This document shows, one piece after another, positions 10,640 to 22,200 of a stretch of DNA of 64,000 nucleotides (positions are counted from its first letter, which is position 1; the number at the start of each line of letters is the position of its first letter). Made by a program: the position numbers and the translations under genes. The stretch comes from a virus. Lineage: Duplodnaviria > Caudoviricetes. The notes under the pieces are model-generated. The model was given only the letters and a program-made list of their open reading frames with translations. It was not told the origin of the DNA and did no database searches. The stretch lies in IMG/VR virus record IMGVR_UViG_3300028048_000089, positions 32,001 through 96,000 of that record; one strand, 5' to 3'.

Positions 10640-10972
10640 TTAGAAGTTGAAGAAACTTCTAACTAAATCATCAAATGTAACTTGTTTCTTACCGTTATCA
10701 TTAACATATGTCATATGATAACCACCATATGTTTCAGCAAACTTATCTCTAAGTTCAATCCACTTCTTTTCAGCATCAGCAATTTGTTTAAATGCTTGTT
10801 CTTTAACATTTTCATATTCAAGATAAGCATCTTCAACTTCTTTTGCTCTTGCTTTCTTAATATCAGCTAACTTAGTTTTTTCAGCTTCTTGTTCAGCTAA
10901 TGCCTTTTCGGCTTCTTCTAATTCTTTGACAGTTTTATAAGACATGCCGGTCTTTTCACTTAAATACAACAT
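10640..10972 (-). CDS. hypothetical coiled-coil protein (probable start 10972, MLYLSEK, rather than 11071)
   Basis: AAGGAG RBS at ~10984-10989. Confidence 0.6.
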   Translation of the reverse strand: MLYLSEKTGMSYKTVKELEEAEKALAEQEAEKTKLADIKKARAKEVEDAYLEYENVKEQAFKQIADAEKKWIELRDKFAETYGGYHMTYVNDNGKKQVTFDDLVRSFFNF

Positions 10973-11093
10973 TGATTCAAATTCTCCTTTTAATTTTTTA
11001 GTCCATTTAACTAAAATTCCTAACCTATTAGTTAAATAGCAATCAATGAATTTATATACCTGAGTCATCATATAGAAAACTCATTGGTCACTT

Positions 11094-11102
11094 AATTTAG
11101 CA
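11094..11102 (-). promoter_or_regulatory. putative late promoter motif TGCTAAATT
   Basis: TGCTAAATTAAGTGA, intergenic. Confidence 0.6.
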
Positions 11103-11147
11103 CACTATATTATACAATAAAAATCAATCAAATGTGCTTGAAAAATA

Positions 11148-11173
11148 AAAATCAAGCATTTCTGCTTGATTTT
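11148..11173 (-). terminator. intrinsic terminator after nrdG
   Basis: AAAATCAAGCA-GAAA-TGCTTGATTTT. Confidence 0.8.
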
Positions 11174-11723
11174 AATCCTTATTATCTTCTGAAGTAATAA
11201 TAAATCTTGCTGGGTTTCCAACTTTTTCTTTTCTAAATTTATAAGTAGTGTTTACCCAAGATTCACCATCTTTGGTTTGCAACTTTTCAAACAAGAGTTG
11301 ATTACTCCAAGGGAATTGAAGAACACCATTATTAGTTTGATGCCATTCTTCAACAGGTCCTTTTGGCATAATGAATCTACCGATTTTGTATAAATCTAAG
11401 CAATTGAGAAGTTTAGTTGACATATATTCTCTACCACTATACATACCTACTTTAAGGTGATGTTTTTCATGAACATAATTAGTGATTCTAACTACATCAT
11501 CATGGTCACTATCACCACCCATTAACCCAAATACACTGATACCTGGATGGTCTTTAATTAATTCATCAATCTTCTCATTAGTTAATTCTTCACCAACATC
11601 TTTTAATAACCATGGCTCACTGCACCCGTCACAGTAGCCTGGACAGTTACTAATATTAACACATAAAGTGATTTCATCTGGGAATTCACTCATTGTTACA
11701 GCAACATCATAAACTTTAAGCAT
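11172..11723 (-). CDS. nrdG: anaerobic ribonucleotide reductase activase (radical SAM)
   Basis: CPGYCDGC (CxxxCxxC), MGGD, SNQ; next to nrdD. Confidence 0.9.
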   Translation of the reverse strand: MLKVYDVAVTMSEFPDEITLCVNISNCPGYCDGCSEPWLLKDVGEELTNEKIDELIKDHPGISVFGLMGGDSDHDDVVRITNYVHEKHHLKVGMYSGREYMSTKLLNCLDLYKIGRFIMPKGPVEEWHQTNNGVLQFPWSNQLLFEKLQTKDGESWVNTTYKFRKEKVGNPARFIITSEDNKD

Positions 11724-11736
11724 CTATTAATCTCCT

Positions 11737-13578
11737 TTAATCTAAATTTTCATAGGCTCTCTTAGAGGCTTCTTTTTGTCTTATCTCACTAAAATTACTA
11801 ACTCTCTTAAGATAACCTATGACTCTGGTTAAGTAGTCAACATTTTTACTACCGCATACAGGACATTCATGTAAATATCTTTTGTCAATATGACCACACT
11901 CATTACAAACTGTATTAGGACAATTAAATGTAAAATATTGACATCCTGCAGTTATTGCAATATCCATTAACATTCTATATTGTTTTTTAGTTAAATGTTC
12001 ATTCAAGTTACAATGATAAGCACTACCGCCATCTAAACACCCACTAAAATCTTTTCCTTGTAGATACATCTTTGTAATAATATCATATGAAGCATCTTCA
12101 ACTGGGTAGAAATATGAGTTATAACATTCTCTATTTGCAGGAACCCAATAACCATCTTTTTTATCCCATTGATAGTTCTTAGCACCAAGATTCTCTGCTG
12201 GAACTTGTTCTGTATTAAATTTGCAATGTTCACTTCTATCTTCTAAATTCAAATTCTTAATTGTTTCTAAGATATCTTTTGCAAATTGTTTATATGCTTC
12301 ATTATTTGGTTTAGTTTCAATTTTAAGATATTCAGCTGCTTCTAAGAAACCATTAAACCCAATAGTTAGATATTGTTTATCTAAACTAATATAACCAGCC
12401 TTATAAACAGTTAATAAATCATTATTGTATAAATCCCAAAGATAATCATTGTAAGCACTTAAATATTTATGCACTCTCTTAACAATAGGAGTTATATATT
12501 CAGGTAAAGAAACTTTTCTTCCTTCTCTATCCCAATTTTGAACAATTCTATTGATATTTAAAGTTATAACTTTTTTAGAACCTGTTTGAATACCACCAGC
12601 ACCTAAAGTATAACTAAATACATTTTCTTCAATAGCATTTTTCAATCTACAACAACTTGAAAGAGCATCAGCACTATCACTATTGTATAAGAAGAATGAA
12701 TGACCTTCTTGCCACATTTCAGCAGTAAAATCTGCCATCTCTTCATCTACATATTTATGAGTATTTTTATCCCATAACAAGTTCATGGTTTCAACAGGGA
12801 AAGTAATTACTGCTTTAGTTCTTTCTTCATTAAACCACTTCATATACATCTTTTGAAGTTCTTTAGTTGTTTCCCAACAAGGTTCATCACAATCTGGGAA
12901 GAAGAAATCTTTAAAAATACTTTCAAAATAACCTTTATCAAAATATGCAATATTAGTAAATGGAGATTGATAGTTTCTTGCACCTGCAGGTTGGTTTACA
13001 CTAAATACAAATTGTTGGAACCAATCTTCAATCTTATTTCTTAAAGTAAGTTGTCTATTACCAAAAGATTCAACAACTTCATCTAATCTTTCAATATAAT
13101 CATTACCATAATCAATTCTTAAGAAATGGTCAAAGTATGGCAAGAATTCAGGAACAGCAACAGCACCTGCAAATTGTCCAGCAATTAAGAAGATTAAATT
13201 AATAATACCGCCTATATAACTATTTGCATGTTTTGGGGCACTGCTTGTACCACCTAATGTTTGTAATCCATCTAATAAGAATGGATATAATGAGATAGCA
13301 ATACAGTAGGGCATTATGCTGGACTCATCATGCGAATAAATGATATGATTTTTCAAATCTTCTTCATAAGCATTTGCTAATTCTTCACTTAAATATCTCT
13401 TAGTTAATGCTCTATTTAAATCAATTAAATCTTTTTTACCTAATTCTGTTTGTAATGTTGCAATACACTTAGTTGTTACATTAGCATTGGCATCAAATTT
13501 ACTTCCTGTACTAGCATTACTTGCCTTCTTATAATCATCAATAAAAGCAAGTTTCTTATCAAGTGTTCTTTGGTCCAT
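11737..13578 (-). CDS. nrdD: class III anaerobic ribonucleoside-triphosphate reductase
   Basis: SSCCRL, PAENL, CNECG...CPVCG, glycyl-radical loop TRVIGYL. Confidence 0.95.
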   Translation of the reverse strand: MDQRTLDKKLAFIDDYKKASNASTGSKFDANANVTTKCIATLQTELGKKDLIDLNRALTKRYLSEELANAYEEDLKNHIIYSHDESSIMPYCIAISLYPFLLDGLQTLGGTSSAPKHANSYIGGIINLIFLIAGQFAGAVAVPEFLPYFDHFLRIDYGNDYIERLDEVVESFGNRQLTLRNKIEDWFQQFVFSVNQPAGARNYQSPFTNIAYFDKGYFESIFKDFFFPDCDEPCWETTKELQKMYMKWFNEERTKAVITFPVETMNLLWDKNTHKYVDEEMADFTAEMWQEGHSFFLYNSDSADALSSCCRLKNAIEENVFSYTLGAGGIQTGSKKVITLNINRIVQNWDREGRKVSLPEYITPIVKRVHKYLSAYNDYLWDLYNNDLLTVYKAGYISLDKQYLTIGFNGFLEAAEYLKIETKPNNEAYKQFAKDILETIKNLNLEDRSEHCKFNTEQVPAENLGAKNYQWDKKDGYWVPANRECYNSYFYPVEDASYDIITKMYLQGKDFSGCLDGGSAYHCNLNEHLTKKQYRMLMDIAITAGCQYFTFNCPNTVCNECGHIDKRYLHECPVCGSKNVDYLTRVIGYLKRVSNFSEIRQKEASKRAYENLD

Positions 13579-13584
13579 AATATA

Positions 13585-13875
13585 TTAGCCTCTTGAATTA
13601 ATATAATCTAAACATTCTTTCTTTACAAATCTTTGTCCATCAACTTCTAATGTTGGTGTTGCAGTTATGCCTTTTGACTTCATTACTTCTAAATCTTTAA
13701 CAGATTTATATTCAATATTATTTCTATTTAACATCATCTCAACAGTTTTACACATACCACAACAATCTTGATGATAGAGAATAATCTCATTATCTTTTAC
13801 TTCGTTTTCAATTGTTTCTACATAATTGTCTAACTCTTTACCAGTAAGAGTTGACACAAAAACATCTTCATTCAT
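13585..13875 (-). CDS. glutaredoxin/NrdH-like redoxin
   Basis: CGMC active site and TPTLEVDG; upstream of nrdD. Confidence 0.75.
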   Translation of the reverse strand: MNEDVFVSTLTGKELDNYVETIENEVKDNEIILYHQDCCGMCKTVEMMLNRNNIEYKSVKDLEVMKSKGITATPTLEVDGQRFVKKECLDYINSRG

Positions 13876-13926
13876 GATGCAACTTCCTTTCTAATTATTA
13901 TACAAGACTCCTTGAGAGTTCATGTT

Positions 13927-13935
13927 AATTTAGCA
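13927..13935 (-). promoter_or_regulatory. putative late promoter motif
   Basis: TGCTAAATTAACATGA upstream of the redoxin-nrdD-nrdG genes; a TTGTATAAT box also lies at ~13896-13905. Confidence 0.55.
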
Positions 13936-13936
13936 C

Positions 13937-15631
13937 TTATAAATCTTGCAAATATTTTTGTAGTATATTCATAATTGTCTCATCTTTTTTGTCATCTATA
14001 ACATAATCACTGATTGCTTTTTTAGTATTTATTGCTTGTGCTGTAACTTCATCAATTGTATCTTTACAAAGGAGGCTATAAATGAACACAGGCTTCTTGG
14101 AACCAATTCTATGAATTCTATCACATGCTTGTTCAAAAAGTGCGTAGGTCCATGGTAAATCAATGAATACCATATAGGAGGCACTAGTAAGTGTGAACCC
14201 TGTTCCCATCTTTGAAATTGTACCTATAAAAACTTTATACTTATCATCATTTTGGAACTTATCAATATTATTAGATACATCAATATCTTTCATATCGCCT
14301 GTACCGATAAGTGGATTATATTCTTCAAGTAATTTTTGTAGTTTATATACTGGTTCCTTAAATGTTGACATGATAACAACTTTATTACCATTACTAACAA
14401 TCTCTTCAACTAAGTCACAAGCTCTATCAATTTTACATGAAGCAATATCTTGACTTGTCAACACACTTGGACATGTCGTAGCTTGTCTTAAACGAGTGGT
14501 TAATGCTAAAAGATTTGAAGTGTTAAGATTAATTTTATCACAATTCTCTTTTGCTAGTTGTTTATATTCTTCTTTAACAGAATTCTTCACACTCTCATAA
14601 AATTTATCTTGAGAATCTTCCATAGTCAAAGATTCTTCAATAAAATTCTTTTCAGGTAAATCTAATAAATCTTTTGTTCTTCTCAATGAACATGAATCAA
14701 TTTCATTTTTAAGAATATCTAAATTCTTATAACCAATAATTCTACCTTTAGTGCTATCATCAAAAATACAATAAGTATTCTTAAATCTTGTAACACCTCT
14801 TTTCTTTTCAACACCTATCCAAGCAAGAGGTACATAAGCATCTAATGGCTTATTTAATAATAATGTACCTGTCATTGCAACTTGTTTATCTGCAGATAAC
14901 TCTAAAAGATTGCTTCCTTGTTGAGAATTCCAACCTTTTGCTTTATGACATTCATCAAATAACATAAGACCATATTTATTTGGACCTTTATTGATAGCAT
15001 TAAGAATTTTATCATTTCTTAAACTTTCAACATTAATAATTACAAAAAATTCATTTATAGGTTGTAATAATTGTTCTGCTCTTTTATTAATAGTTTCCCA
15101 AACTCTATTACCTTTTTTATTAATCCTCTCGCCTATAATAACACAAGATTCATTTGAATGTTTTTGTATCTCTTTTCTCCAATTGTCTCTTAGAGAAGCA
15201 ATACCACAAATAATTAAGCAGTGTTCAATCTTATCTTGTGCTTTAAGTTCTTCTGCAAGATAAATCATTTGTAAAGTTTTACCTAGTCCAGGCATATCTA
15301 AAAGAAGCCATTTATCATTATTTAAACCGTATTCTATCCCTTCTTTTTGATATTCATAAGGGTTTGTCTTATAGTTAAGAGTTATGTGTCTTAAATTGTC
15401 TTTTTCTGCTTCTTCTTCTACAATTAAATCTATATCATCAAAATAGATTAAATTATCTAATAAATATGAAAGTGAAGTTATTGGTACTTCCCATAAATGA
15501 GAATCAACATGAAAATAATAAGTCTCACTTGACTTAATTATATTTACAATTTCTTGCTTATAATCAAAAAACAAGTAAAGAGACTTAAGACCACTTAGTT
15601 TCTTTGCTTTACCTTCAACTATACGAATCAT
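13937..15631 (-). CDS. SNF2-family (SF2) helicase
   Basis: DMPGLGKT, FDECH, MTGT, GTGFTL, QACDRIHRIG. Confidence 0.92.
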   Translation of the reverse strand: MIRIVEGKAKKLSGLKSLYLFFDYKQEIVNIIKSSETYYFHVDSHLWEVPITSLSYLLDNLIYFDDIDLIVEEEAEKDNLRHITLNYKTNPYEYQKEGIEYGLNNDKWLLLDMPGLGKTLQMIYLAEELKAQDKIEHCLIICGIASLRDNWRKEIQKHSNESCVIIGERINKKGNRVWETINKRAEQLLQPINEFFVIINVESLRNDKILNAINKGPNKYGLMLFDECHKAKGWNSQQGSNLLELSADKQVAMTGTLLLNKPLDAYVPLAWIGVEKKRGVTRFKNTYCIFDDSTKGRIIGYKNLDILKNEIDSCSLRRTKDLLDLPEKNFIEESLTMEDSQDKFYESVKNSVKEEYKQLAKENCDKINLNTSNLLALTTRLRQATTCPSVLTSQDIASCKIDRACDLVEEIVSNGNKVVIMSTFKEPVYKLQKLLEEYNPLIGTGDMKDIDVSNNIDKFQNDDKYKVFIGTISKMGTGFTLTSASYMVFIDLPWTYALFEQACDRIHRIGSKKPVFIYSLLCKDTIDEVTAQAINTKKAISDYVIDDKKDETIMNILQKYLQDL

Positions 15632-15921
15632 TATTCTTCTAAATCAATTCTATCTTTAAAAATTTCTACTGAATATTCTTCATCCCATAAGTCTTCAGAG
15701 AATTGTGTTATTGTATTAATTGATGCTGTTACAATAAATTTAGTATCACAATAATCACAAATATATTCTGCACTTAAATCAGGTTCAACACCTTCAATAA
15801 GGATAATTTTTCCTTTTGAATCTTTAATGGCATTTCTATTGCCAATAAGGTCATCACTCATAAAAATTTCTTCTAATAAATATTCTGCCCCGCATTTAGG
15901 ACAAACAATTTTTGGTGCCAT
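15631..15921 (-). CDS. zinc-ribbon protein
   Basis: CPKC...CDYC. Confidence 0.65.
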   Translation of the reverse strand: MAPKIVCPKCGAEYLLEEIFMSDDLIGNRNAIKDSKGKIILIEGVEPDLSAEYICDYCDTKFIVTASINTITQFSEDLWDEEYSVEIFKDRIDLEE

Positions 15922-15934
15922 AATATCTCCTTAA

Positions 15935-16129
15935 CTAAATAGAAGTTAATATTTCCCAAACAATATCAATAACATCATCATGATATACATCACATAGTTG
16001 TTCTACAGTACACATTTTTAAATTGTCATCTTCTAAATAATCTAATATCAACCATTTAGTAATTCCACAATTATATAGAAAGTTTTTCAATTGTTTAGGA
16101 TTTTTATTTTTTAATTTACTTAATGTCAT
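15935..16129 (-). CDS. hypothetical protein, possibly leaderless
   Basis: ATG lies directly after a TTGTATAAT box at 16135-16143. Confidence 0.55.
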   Translation of the reverse strand: MTLSKLKNKNPKQLKNFLYNCGITKWLILDYLEDDNLKMCTVEQLCDVYHDDVIDIVWEILTSI

Positions 16130-16160
16130 ACTATATTATACAAGTTATTTTAATAAAAAT

Positions 16161-16223
16161 AAAAAGGTAGTTTTATTTTTACATGTGTGGCACAAACTAC
16201 CTGAAACTTATATCTCAACCACA
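16161..16223 (-). ncRNA. candidate ~60-nt small RNA (pseudoknot/terminator)
   Basis: own -10 box at 16228-16233; helices AGGUAGUUU/AAACUACCU and UGUGGU/GCCACA; ends in a U tract. Confidence 0.35.
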
Positions 16224-16241
16224 ATATATTATACAATATTT

Positions 16242-17951
16242 TTAATAGTCATTAAGATTAAAAGATATGTCTAGACTTACACCTGTTGGATAACCATTAC
16301 CATCCCCAACTATAAAATATAAATAAGTACCTTCAACTCTCCAAGAAATTGAACCATCTGATGCAGAAGAGTTTGAAATAACATTTCCAACACAAGTTAA
16401 ATAATCACTAGGCGAAGTCATACAACCTGATGAAGAACCAACTATTTTTGCTAGGTTATTTAATGATATTCTATGCCATAACCAGCGGGACATGCTCTGA
16501 TTAGGGTTATTTAATTTAAGAGAAATGCGAACAGACTCCCCAACTCTTGACCAAGTAACATGTTTTCTAGCACCTGTATCTGCAAAAGCATTATTCCAGG
16601 TTGTTCCATTACCACTCTTAACGAAATCAGAATCAGTTATACTTTTAGCACCATGAGTAATTACACCTTTTGGGTCTCCTTTAAAAACTATCGTGCCACT
16701 ATCTGTTGATAAATTAATAGTGGCACTACCTAATTGAATTAAAGTTCCATTACCAGCTATCTCTGTGACACTACCTCCTATTGCAGTATACCCTGTAAGA
16801 TAAGGAGTAGCCACTGAAGCACTCAAATCAGTGCCAATATAAATATTAGTTGAAATTCCACTATACCCACCTAATATGATACTAGATGTAGCTTCCATAA
16901 ATATTTGAGAGCCCATTATATGGCTTAAATAAGCATTATTAATATAAGCACCTTTATAATATTTACTTGAAGTACCTAAATTATAAGTATTTGTAGCATT
17001 TGGATAAATACTGTGAGTATTAGCAGTACCATTTAAAGAAATATAACTACCTGCTTCTAAATTTAAAACACCAGTATAACCACCACCAATGATACCAGTA
17101 TCTGCTATAATATTTATGTCACCAGGATTAAGAATGTCGTTAACATATAAGGATTGAAATCTTGAACCTATAGAGCCTAAGTTATAAACATCATTTGCGT
17201 AGGGAAGTATATCTCCTTGAGTATAAATAGAACTAGCATATAAAGAAAGTGTTCCACTAGTACCTATAACCATCTGAGATGGTCCAAATATAGATTGAGT
17301 TATAATACCGTTGCTATAAGCCACTAATTCATTTGTTGCAATAAAACTAGCAGATATAGAATTAGCAGATATAGAACTAGCAGATAATGTATTAGTACTA
17401 AATGATTTAGTTATTGGGGTAGAAGAATTACCATTTTCAATTTGATTTGTTGAAATATTAAGTTGTGAACTTTCTTCAATTGCCCAAGCATTTGAAACTC
17501 TTTTAAATAATTTTAATTTATATGTAAAACCATCTTTACTATCATTTTTACCTAAGAAAGTTAAACCTTTAAAGTTTGTTGAATCATCTAAAGTTTCACC
17601 TGCACTACCACCATTAGGAGTTAGTGTTTTAACACTTGTACTTTCATATGCAGAACCAAAATCAGCAACATTAATACCTGCCCAAATTTCATCACCATTA
17701 GCAGGGTTTGTAAATAATGCTTGAATATCAGAAACATTTGCAACAAAATAATAACCGCCTAAAATGATATAAGCAATATTACCATCAACATAAAAATAAT
17801 CTTTATGTAAATATGTAACTTTATTTGCTATATTAACAAAATTTTCTTCAGTTGTTAAGAATGAACCTGGGTCAATTGCATGACCACTAGCATCTTGACC
17901 TCTAAATGCAGTTGGAAATACTTTAATTTTATTATTTGATAAAAATGCCAT
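16242..17951 (-). CDS. tail fibre / receptor-binding protein
   Basis: Gly/Ser/Thr-rich; repeated I(L/Y)P.AN..YNLG motifs; end of the baseplate operon. Confidence 0.7.
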   Translation of the reverse strand: MAFLSNNKIKVFPTAFRGQDASGHAIDPGSFLTTEENFVNIANKVTYLHKDYFYVDGNIAYIILGGYYFVANVSDIQALFTNPANGDEIWAGINVADFGSAYESTSVKTLTPNGGSAGETLDDSTNFKGLTFLGKNDSKDGFTYKLKLFKRVSNAWAIEESSQLNISTNQIENGNSSTPITKSFSTNTLSASSISANSISASFIATNELVAYSNGIITQSIFGPSQMVIGTSGTLSLYASSIYTQGDILPYANDVYNLGSIGSRFQSLYVNDILNPGDINIIADTGIIGGGYTGVLNLEAGSYISLNGTANTHSIYPNATNTYNLGTSSKYYKGAYINNAYLSHIMGSQIFMEATSSIILGGYSGISTNIYIGTDLSASVATPYLTGYTAIGGSVTEIAGNGTLIQLGSATINLSTDSGTIVFKGDPKGVITHGAKSITDSDFVKSGNGTTWNNAFADTGARKHVTWSRVGESVRISLKLNNPNQSMSRWLWHRISLNNLAKIVGSSSGCMTSPSDYLTCVGNVISNSSASDGSISWRVEGTYLYFIVGDGNGYPTGVSLDISFNLNDY

Positions 17952-17971
17952 AATTATCTCCTATATCACTT

Positions 17972-17980
17972 AATTTAGCA
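17972..17980 (-). promoter_or_regulatory. putative late promoter motif
   Basis: TGCTAAATTAAGTGA ~20 nt upstream of ATG. Confidence 0.7.
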
Positions 17981-17987
17981 CTAATGC

Positions 17988-18524
17988 TTATTCACCGGTA
18001 ACAGTTGCATTACCTACTTGTAATTCCCACACAACAATAATGTTTGAATCTCTATCAATATCTTCATAACCAGTATCTACATAATACATAGCCATTGGTT
18101 TTGTTTGTTCAGTATAATTTTTATAATTATATAATACAAAATAATTAGGAACAATACCTTCTACAAAAACAGAGCCAGGAATTGTAAAAGTTAATTTTGC
18201 AGTACTTAGATTATTAGCAGTATCAGTTTCAATGCTAGATGAGCCTAAAGGAATTAATCCTGTTAAAGAATCGGCACTTGCTAATTCAGTTTCTGCAGAC
18301 TCCTCAGATGTAACATGAAATACCTGAATATATTTTGGAGATGAAGCAGACTCATATACACCAATTAAACAAGTAGCAATAAATTCAAATAATCTAAATG
18401 TACCATGATTATGTCCATTAATAACATCAATTACTTTATCATCTTTAACTAATTTAATTGTAACATTACCTGAATATGCTAATTGAAGATTGTTTTTATT
18501 TTGTTTCTTTTTTATCTTCTTCAT
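17988..18524 (-). CDS. baseplate / fibre-attachment protein
   Basis: beta-rich sequence; lies between wedge and fibre genes. Confidence 0.5.
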   Translation of the reverse strand: MKKIKKKQNKNNLQLAYSGNVTIKLVKDDKVIDVINGHNHGTFRLFEFIATCLIGVYESASSPKYIQVFHVTSEESAETELASADSLTGLIPLGSSSIETDTANNLSTAKLTFTIPGSVFVEGIVPNYFVLYNYKNYTEQTKPMAMYYVDTGYEDIDRDSNIIVVWELQVGNATVTGE

Positions 18525-18527
18525 AAA

Positions 18528-19229
18528 CTATTCTCCTTCATCTTCATCATATGGCTCAATTTGCTTACCACTAGCAATCTTAGATGTATATGTTTGAGCA
18601 AAGCCTGTAGTAGTTTCAACTTTTTCTTTATCAATTGTAGAATCATCTGGTCTCTTAACATTGAATTGTGGTTTTGCAATTCTACCAACTAAGCCTTCTT
18701 TAACATTGAATGTTGTAAGAGTATCTCTCATTGAGATAGAATTCTTCAAAGCATCATTACTAGCACCATAAATAAATCTATAATCAAAACCAACAGGAAG
18801 AATATAATCAAATATATCTTCTAATAAAACTAAGTCTTTTAAACCATATGGAATATAAATATTCACAACATGATTATCACTATCAATTCTAACTTCAGTA
18901 TAGCCACTAATGTTTTGAGCATTCATTAAAGTATAAACTGCTCTTTCAATAGCATTCTTTGTACCTTTATTTCTAACTAAGTCAATAAACACATCACAAA
19001 CATTCTTTAAGTCTTGAGCATTATATTGATGTCTTGTTTCAAAACCAACTGTTTTTGCTAGTAAAGGAATTAATCTATCGTCAAGATTATTACTTGTTGG
19101 AGCACCTGTAATTAAGTCAGTGTTCATCTTTGCATAGTTAAAGATAATTTCAAAGGCTCTTCCGAGAAATTGAAAGTCTCTAGATTGATTGTAATATACT
19201 TCAGGAACTAGATTTTTTGTCTTAATCAT
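18528..19229 (-). CDS. baseplate wedge protein (P2 gpI / T4 gp7-like)
   Basis: LIPLLAKTVG...RNKGTKNAIE...ILPVG pattern; follows the gp6/J-like gene. Confidence 0.7.
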   Translation of the reverse strand: MIKTKNLVPEVYYNQSRDFQFLGRAFEIIFNYAKMNTDLITGAPTSNNLDDRLIPLLAKTVGFETRHQYNAQDLKNVCDVFIDLVRNKGTKNAIERAVYTLMNAQNISGYTEVRIDSDNHVVNIYIPYGLKDLVLLEDIFDYILPVGFDYRFIYGASNDALKNSISMRDTLTTFNVKEGLVGRIAKPQFNVKRPDDSTIDKEKVETTTGFAQTYTSKIASGKQIEPYDEDEGE

Positions 19230-19240
19230 TGAAGTTTCTC

Positions 19241-22200
19241 CTATTGTCTAGAACTCTTTAACACATCAACATTACTAGTCTTAAAGTCAATTTGTGAGAT
19301 TGTAAATCTATTAGCAATATTATTTGCATCATAGAATGCATATGGAGACATTAAGTTTTCAGATTCAATTGCTTTAGCATTATCAATCTTGCAATTATAA
19401 TAGAACTTATCGTTCTCAAGTGCTTCCATTAAATCTTCTGTAAGAGATTGCTCAGTAACAGATGAATTATTAACAGCATCAGCAAATTCTTTAAGTGCTA
19501 ATTCTTTATTTAAACCAGAGATGAAATCAAGAGTTCCAATTGTAAGTGTACCAGAAACACCATTATTCTCAATAGTCATTCTCGCTTGACCACTTGTACT
19601 TGTTCTATGTAATTCAATAATATTAATACCTTCATTTAGGGCAACTGGTGAACCATAAGTTTCATCCGTATTATAATGTTTACCATTATATGGACCAGTA
19701 GCAAATTTTACTTGTGCAGTAGAACCACCAGTCTTGAATAAATAAATCATAATAAGACCAAATTCATCACTACCATCTCTAGAAATTAATGGTAAATCAA
19801 ATGTATAAGTAGTACCAGAAGTATCTTGACTATCTAATTTATATGTTGCATAACCTTCAAGATTTCTTAAAGGTGTTTGTGGCTCGTTATCCCCATCTAA
19901 TGCAACTTCATAGCAATACATAGTTACTGGATATGTAGGTACATTACCACTATCAGTTTTAACAGTAACAGAAGTATCAATTAAACCACCATCATTATGC
20001 ATTTCTGTATTAAGATTAAAGTTTTGTCCATTTGTATTTAAAATAACAGGATTACTAACTCCATCAAGAGTAAATGAAACTGATTGTCTTGTAGAAGTTG
20101 GTGTTTCAAGACCATCATTAATAATTTGAGACTCATCTCTTGTTACATTAACATGTAGTCTTGTTCTTGCTTTCCATCCACCTTCCGAAATGGATAAATT
20201 ATCAAGTGTTTCTGAAGGGTCACCATCAAAACCATAATGAATAATTACATCATCAGGAACAGGAGTTAGTTCATTACTATTAATAACAAAGGAAGAGATT
20301 GAACTACCTTCTTTAACAGTAATACTAAGTGTATCATCTTCAGTTAATGTTAATATATTATTTTCAACGATTGTAAATGGAGTAGTAGAAGAGAAACTAA
20401 GTGTTTTCCACTTATCTTTTAATGCTAACATACCCATTTCTAAAACATCAGATAAATCAACAACATCAGCAGTAATTGTTTCTAAATTTGTTAACTTTGA
20501 ACTTATCTTTGTACCGCTACCTAAAGTAACAAGTTGTGTTTCAGCTGCATCTGTATAGAAGAAGTATTCACCTTCTTTTAAGATTGCTTCACCGCCAGTT
20601 GTACTTGACCACTCATCACTTGTGAATAATCTATTTGTAGAGTTATTTCTTAACCAATAACATTTAGTCTTTTTATTTAAAATTACTTTATTGACTTTAG
20701 AAATTTCAATAGATTCTTGAGCAGTTAAAGCCCAGAAAAATTCTGTTTGGTTATTATTTTTAGTATTAACCTGTTTAAAAGCACTTCTGTTGTAAATAGA
20801 GTAATCACTTGATTGATATGTATTTGGAGTTGCAAACAAATCAAAACCAACAGGTTTAATGATTTGGCCCTCTACATACATTTCACATTTCCATGTATCA
20901 TTTTCAGTGAATCCCATATAAAGAATTTCACCTGCTTGTAATTGATAAATAGTATTTGCCTTAATAGGATTATTTACATCATGAATAGCACTAATAAATC
21001 TAAAATAACAATATGCAGGATAAGTTAATTCAGTAATAACATTTGGAGCAATAAATTGAACTGCTTCATTCTTATATAACGGAGTAGTAACATTTGGTGT
21101 TAATGTTAAATTAAGGTCAGTTTTAATGCTCTTAACATGTTCATTAATCATGTTCTTGCCTGAAATTTCTTTTTGACCTAATTCAAATTCAAATCTATCA
21201 TCATAATCAAATAGAGAAACATTGCCATTTAAAATATTCTTTGCTAAAATATCAACATAGAAATCAGAACCATCAACAGAAACTAAAGGAACTTCTAAAC
21301 CATTTCTCTTTAAAATATATGTAGTTAATTCAGGTTCCATTAAACTCACATAATTAATTCTCTTATCTGCTTTTTGAATGCTTTCAACTAAAGAATCATA
21401 AGGAATTTCATAACCATAATCAACTCTTCTAGCATTAAAGTCTTCAATTAATTGATGAATGACATTTGTATCAATTTCAACAACTTCATAAGCATTAACT
21501 TTATAATTAGTTGTTAATCTACCATCTAAAGATAATTTATTCTTGATAGCATAAATATCATTTGCTTCTAAAGTTTTATAGTCATGAGAAATTGTTTTAT
21601 TTTCTTCAATTGCTCTCTCAATTTCAGATGTAACTGTTTTACCTGCAGGAGTTAATGGCAAGAATGAGTTGTCATACACTTCTATATCAGAGTATGAGAA
21701 AATTGGTGCTAATGGATAGCAACATAATTGATAAGCATTTAATTTAGTTGCATCAGTAACATTAATTGTTGTTTCACCTAATTCATCATAAGAAACAACT
21801 CTCTTTGTATAGTTAATATCATTTCTTCTATCACTAACTTGAACATTAGAGACTAGCGGAAATACATCATCTGAATCATAAGCATTGTAAATAGCATTTG
21901 AATAATCCCTACAAGTTGTTAAAGTATTGAAAGTACCGATTGTCTTCTTGAAGTTATTATATGCTTCATTGATTGATTCAGGACTTGCACCATTAATTGT
22001 TGCACTGTAATTTCTAACATAAAGATTATCTTCTGCATTTTCATCAGCACCTTTTAATGAATTCCAGCTATCAGAGGTGGTACTATCTAAAGCATTAATT
22101 GTGTTAGCAGAAACATTACCATTATAACCATCAGTTAAGATATATCTCACATAGAGACCATTACCAATTAAAGATGCAATATCTTTTGGAAATTCAATGT

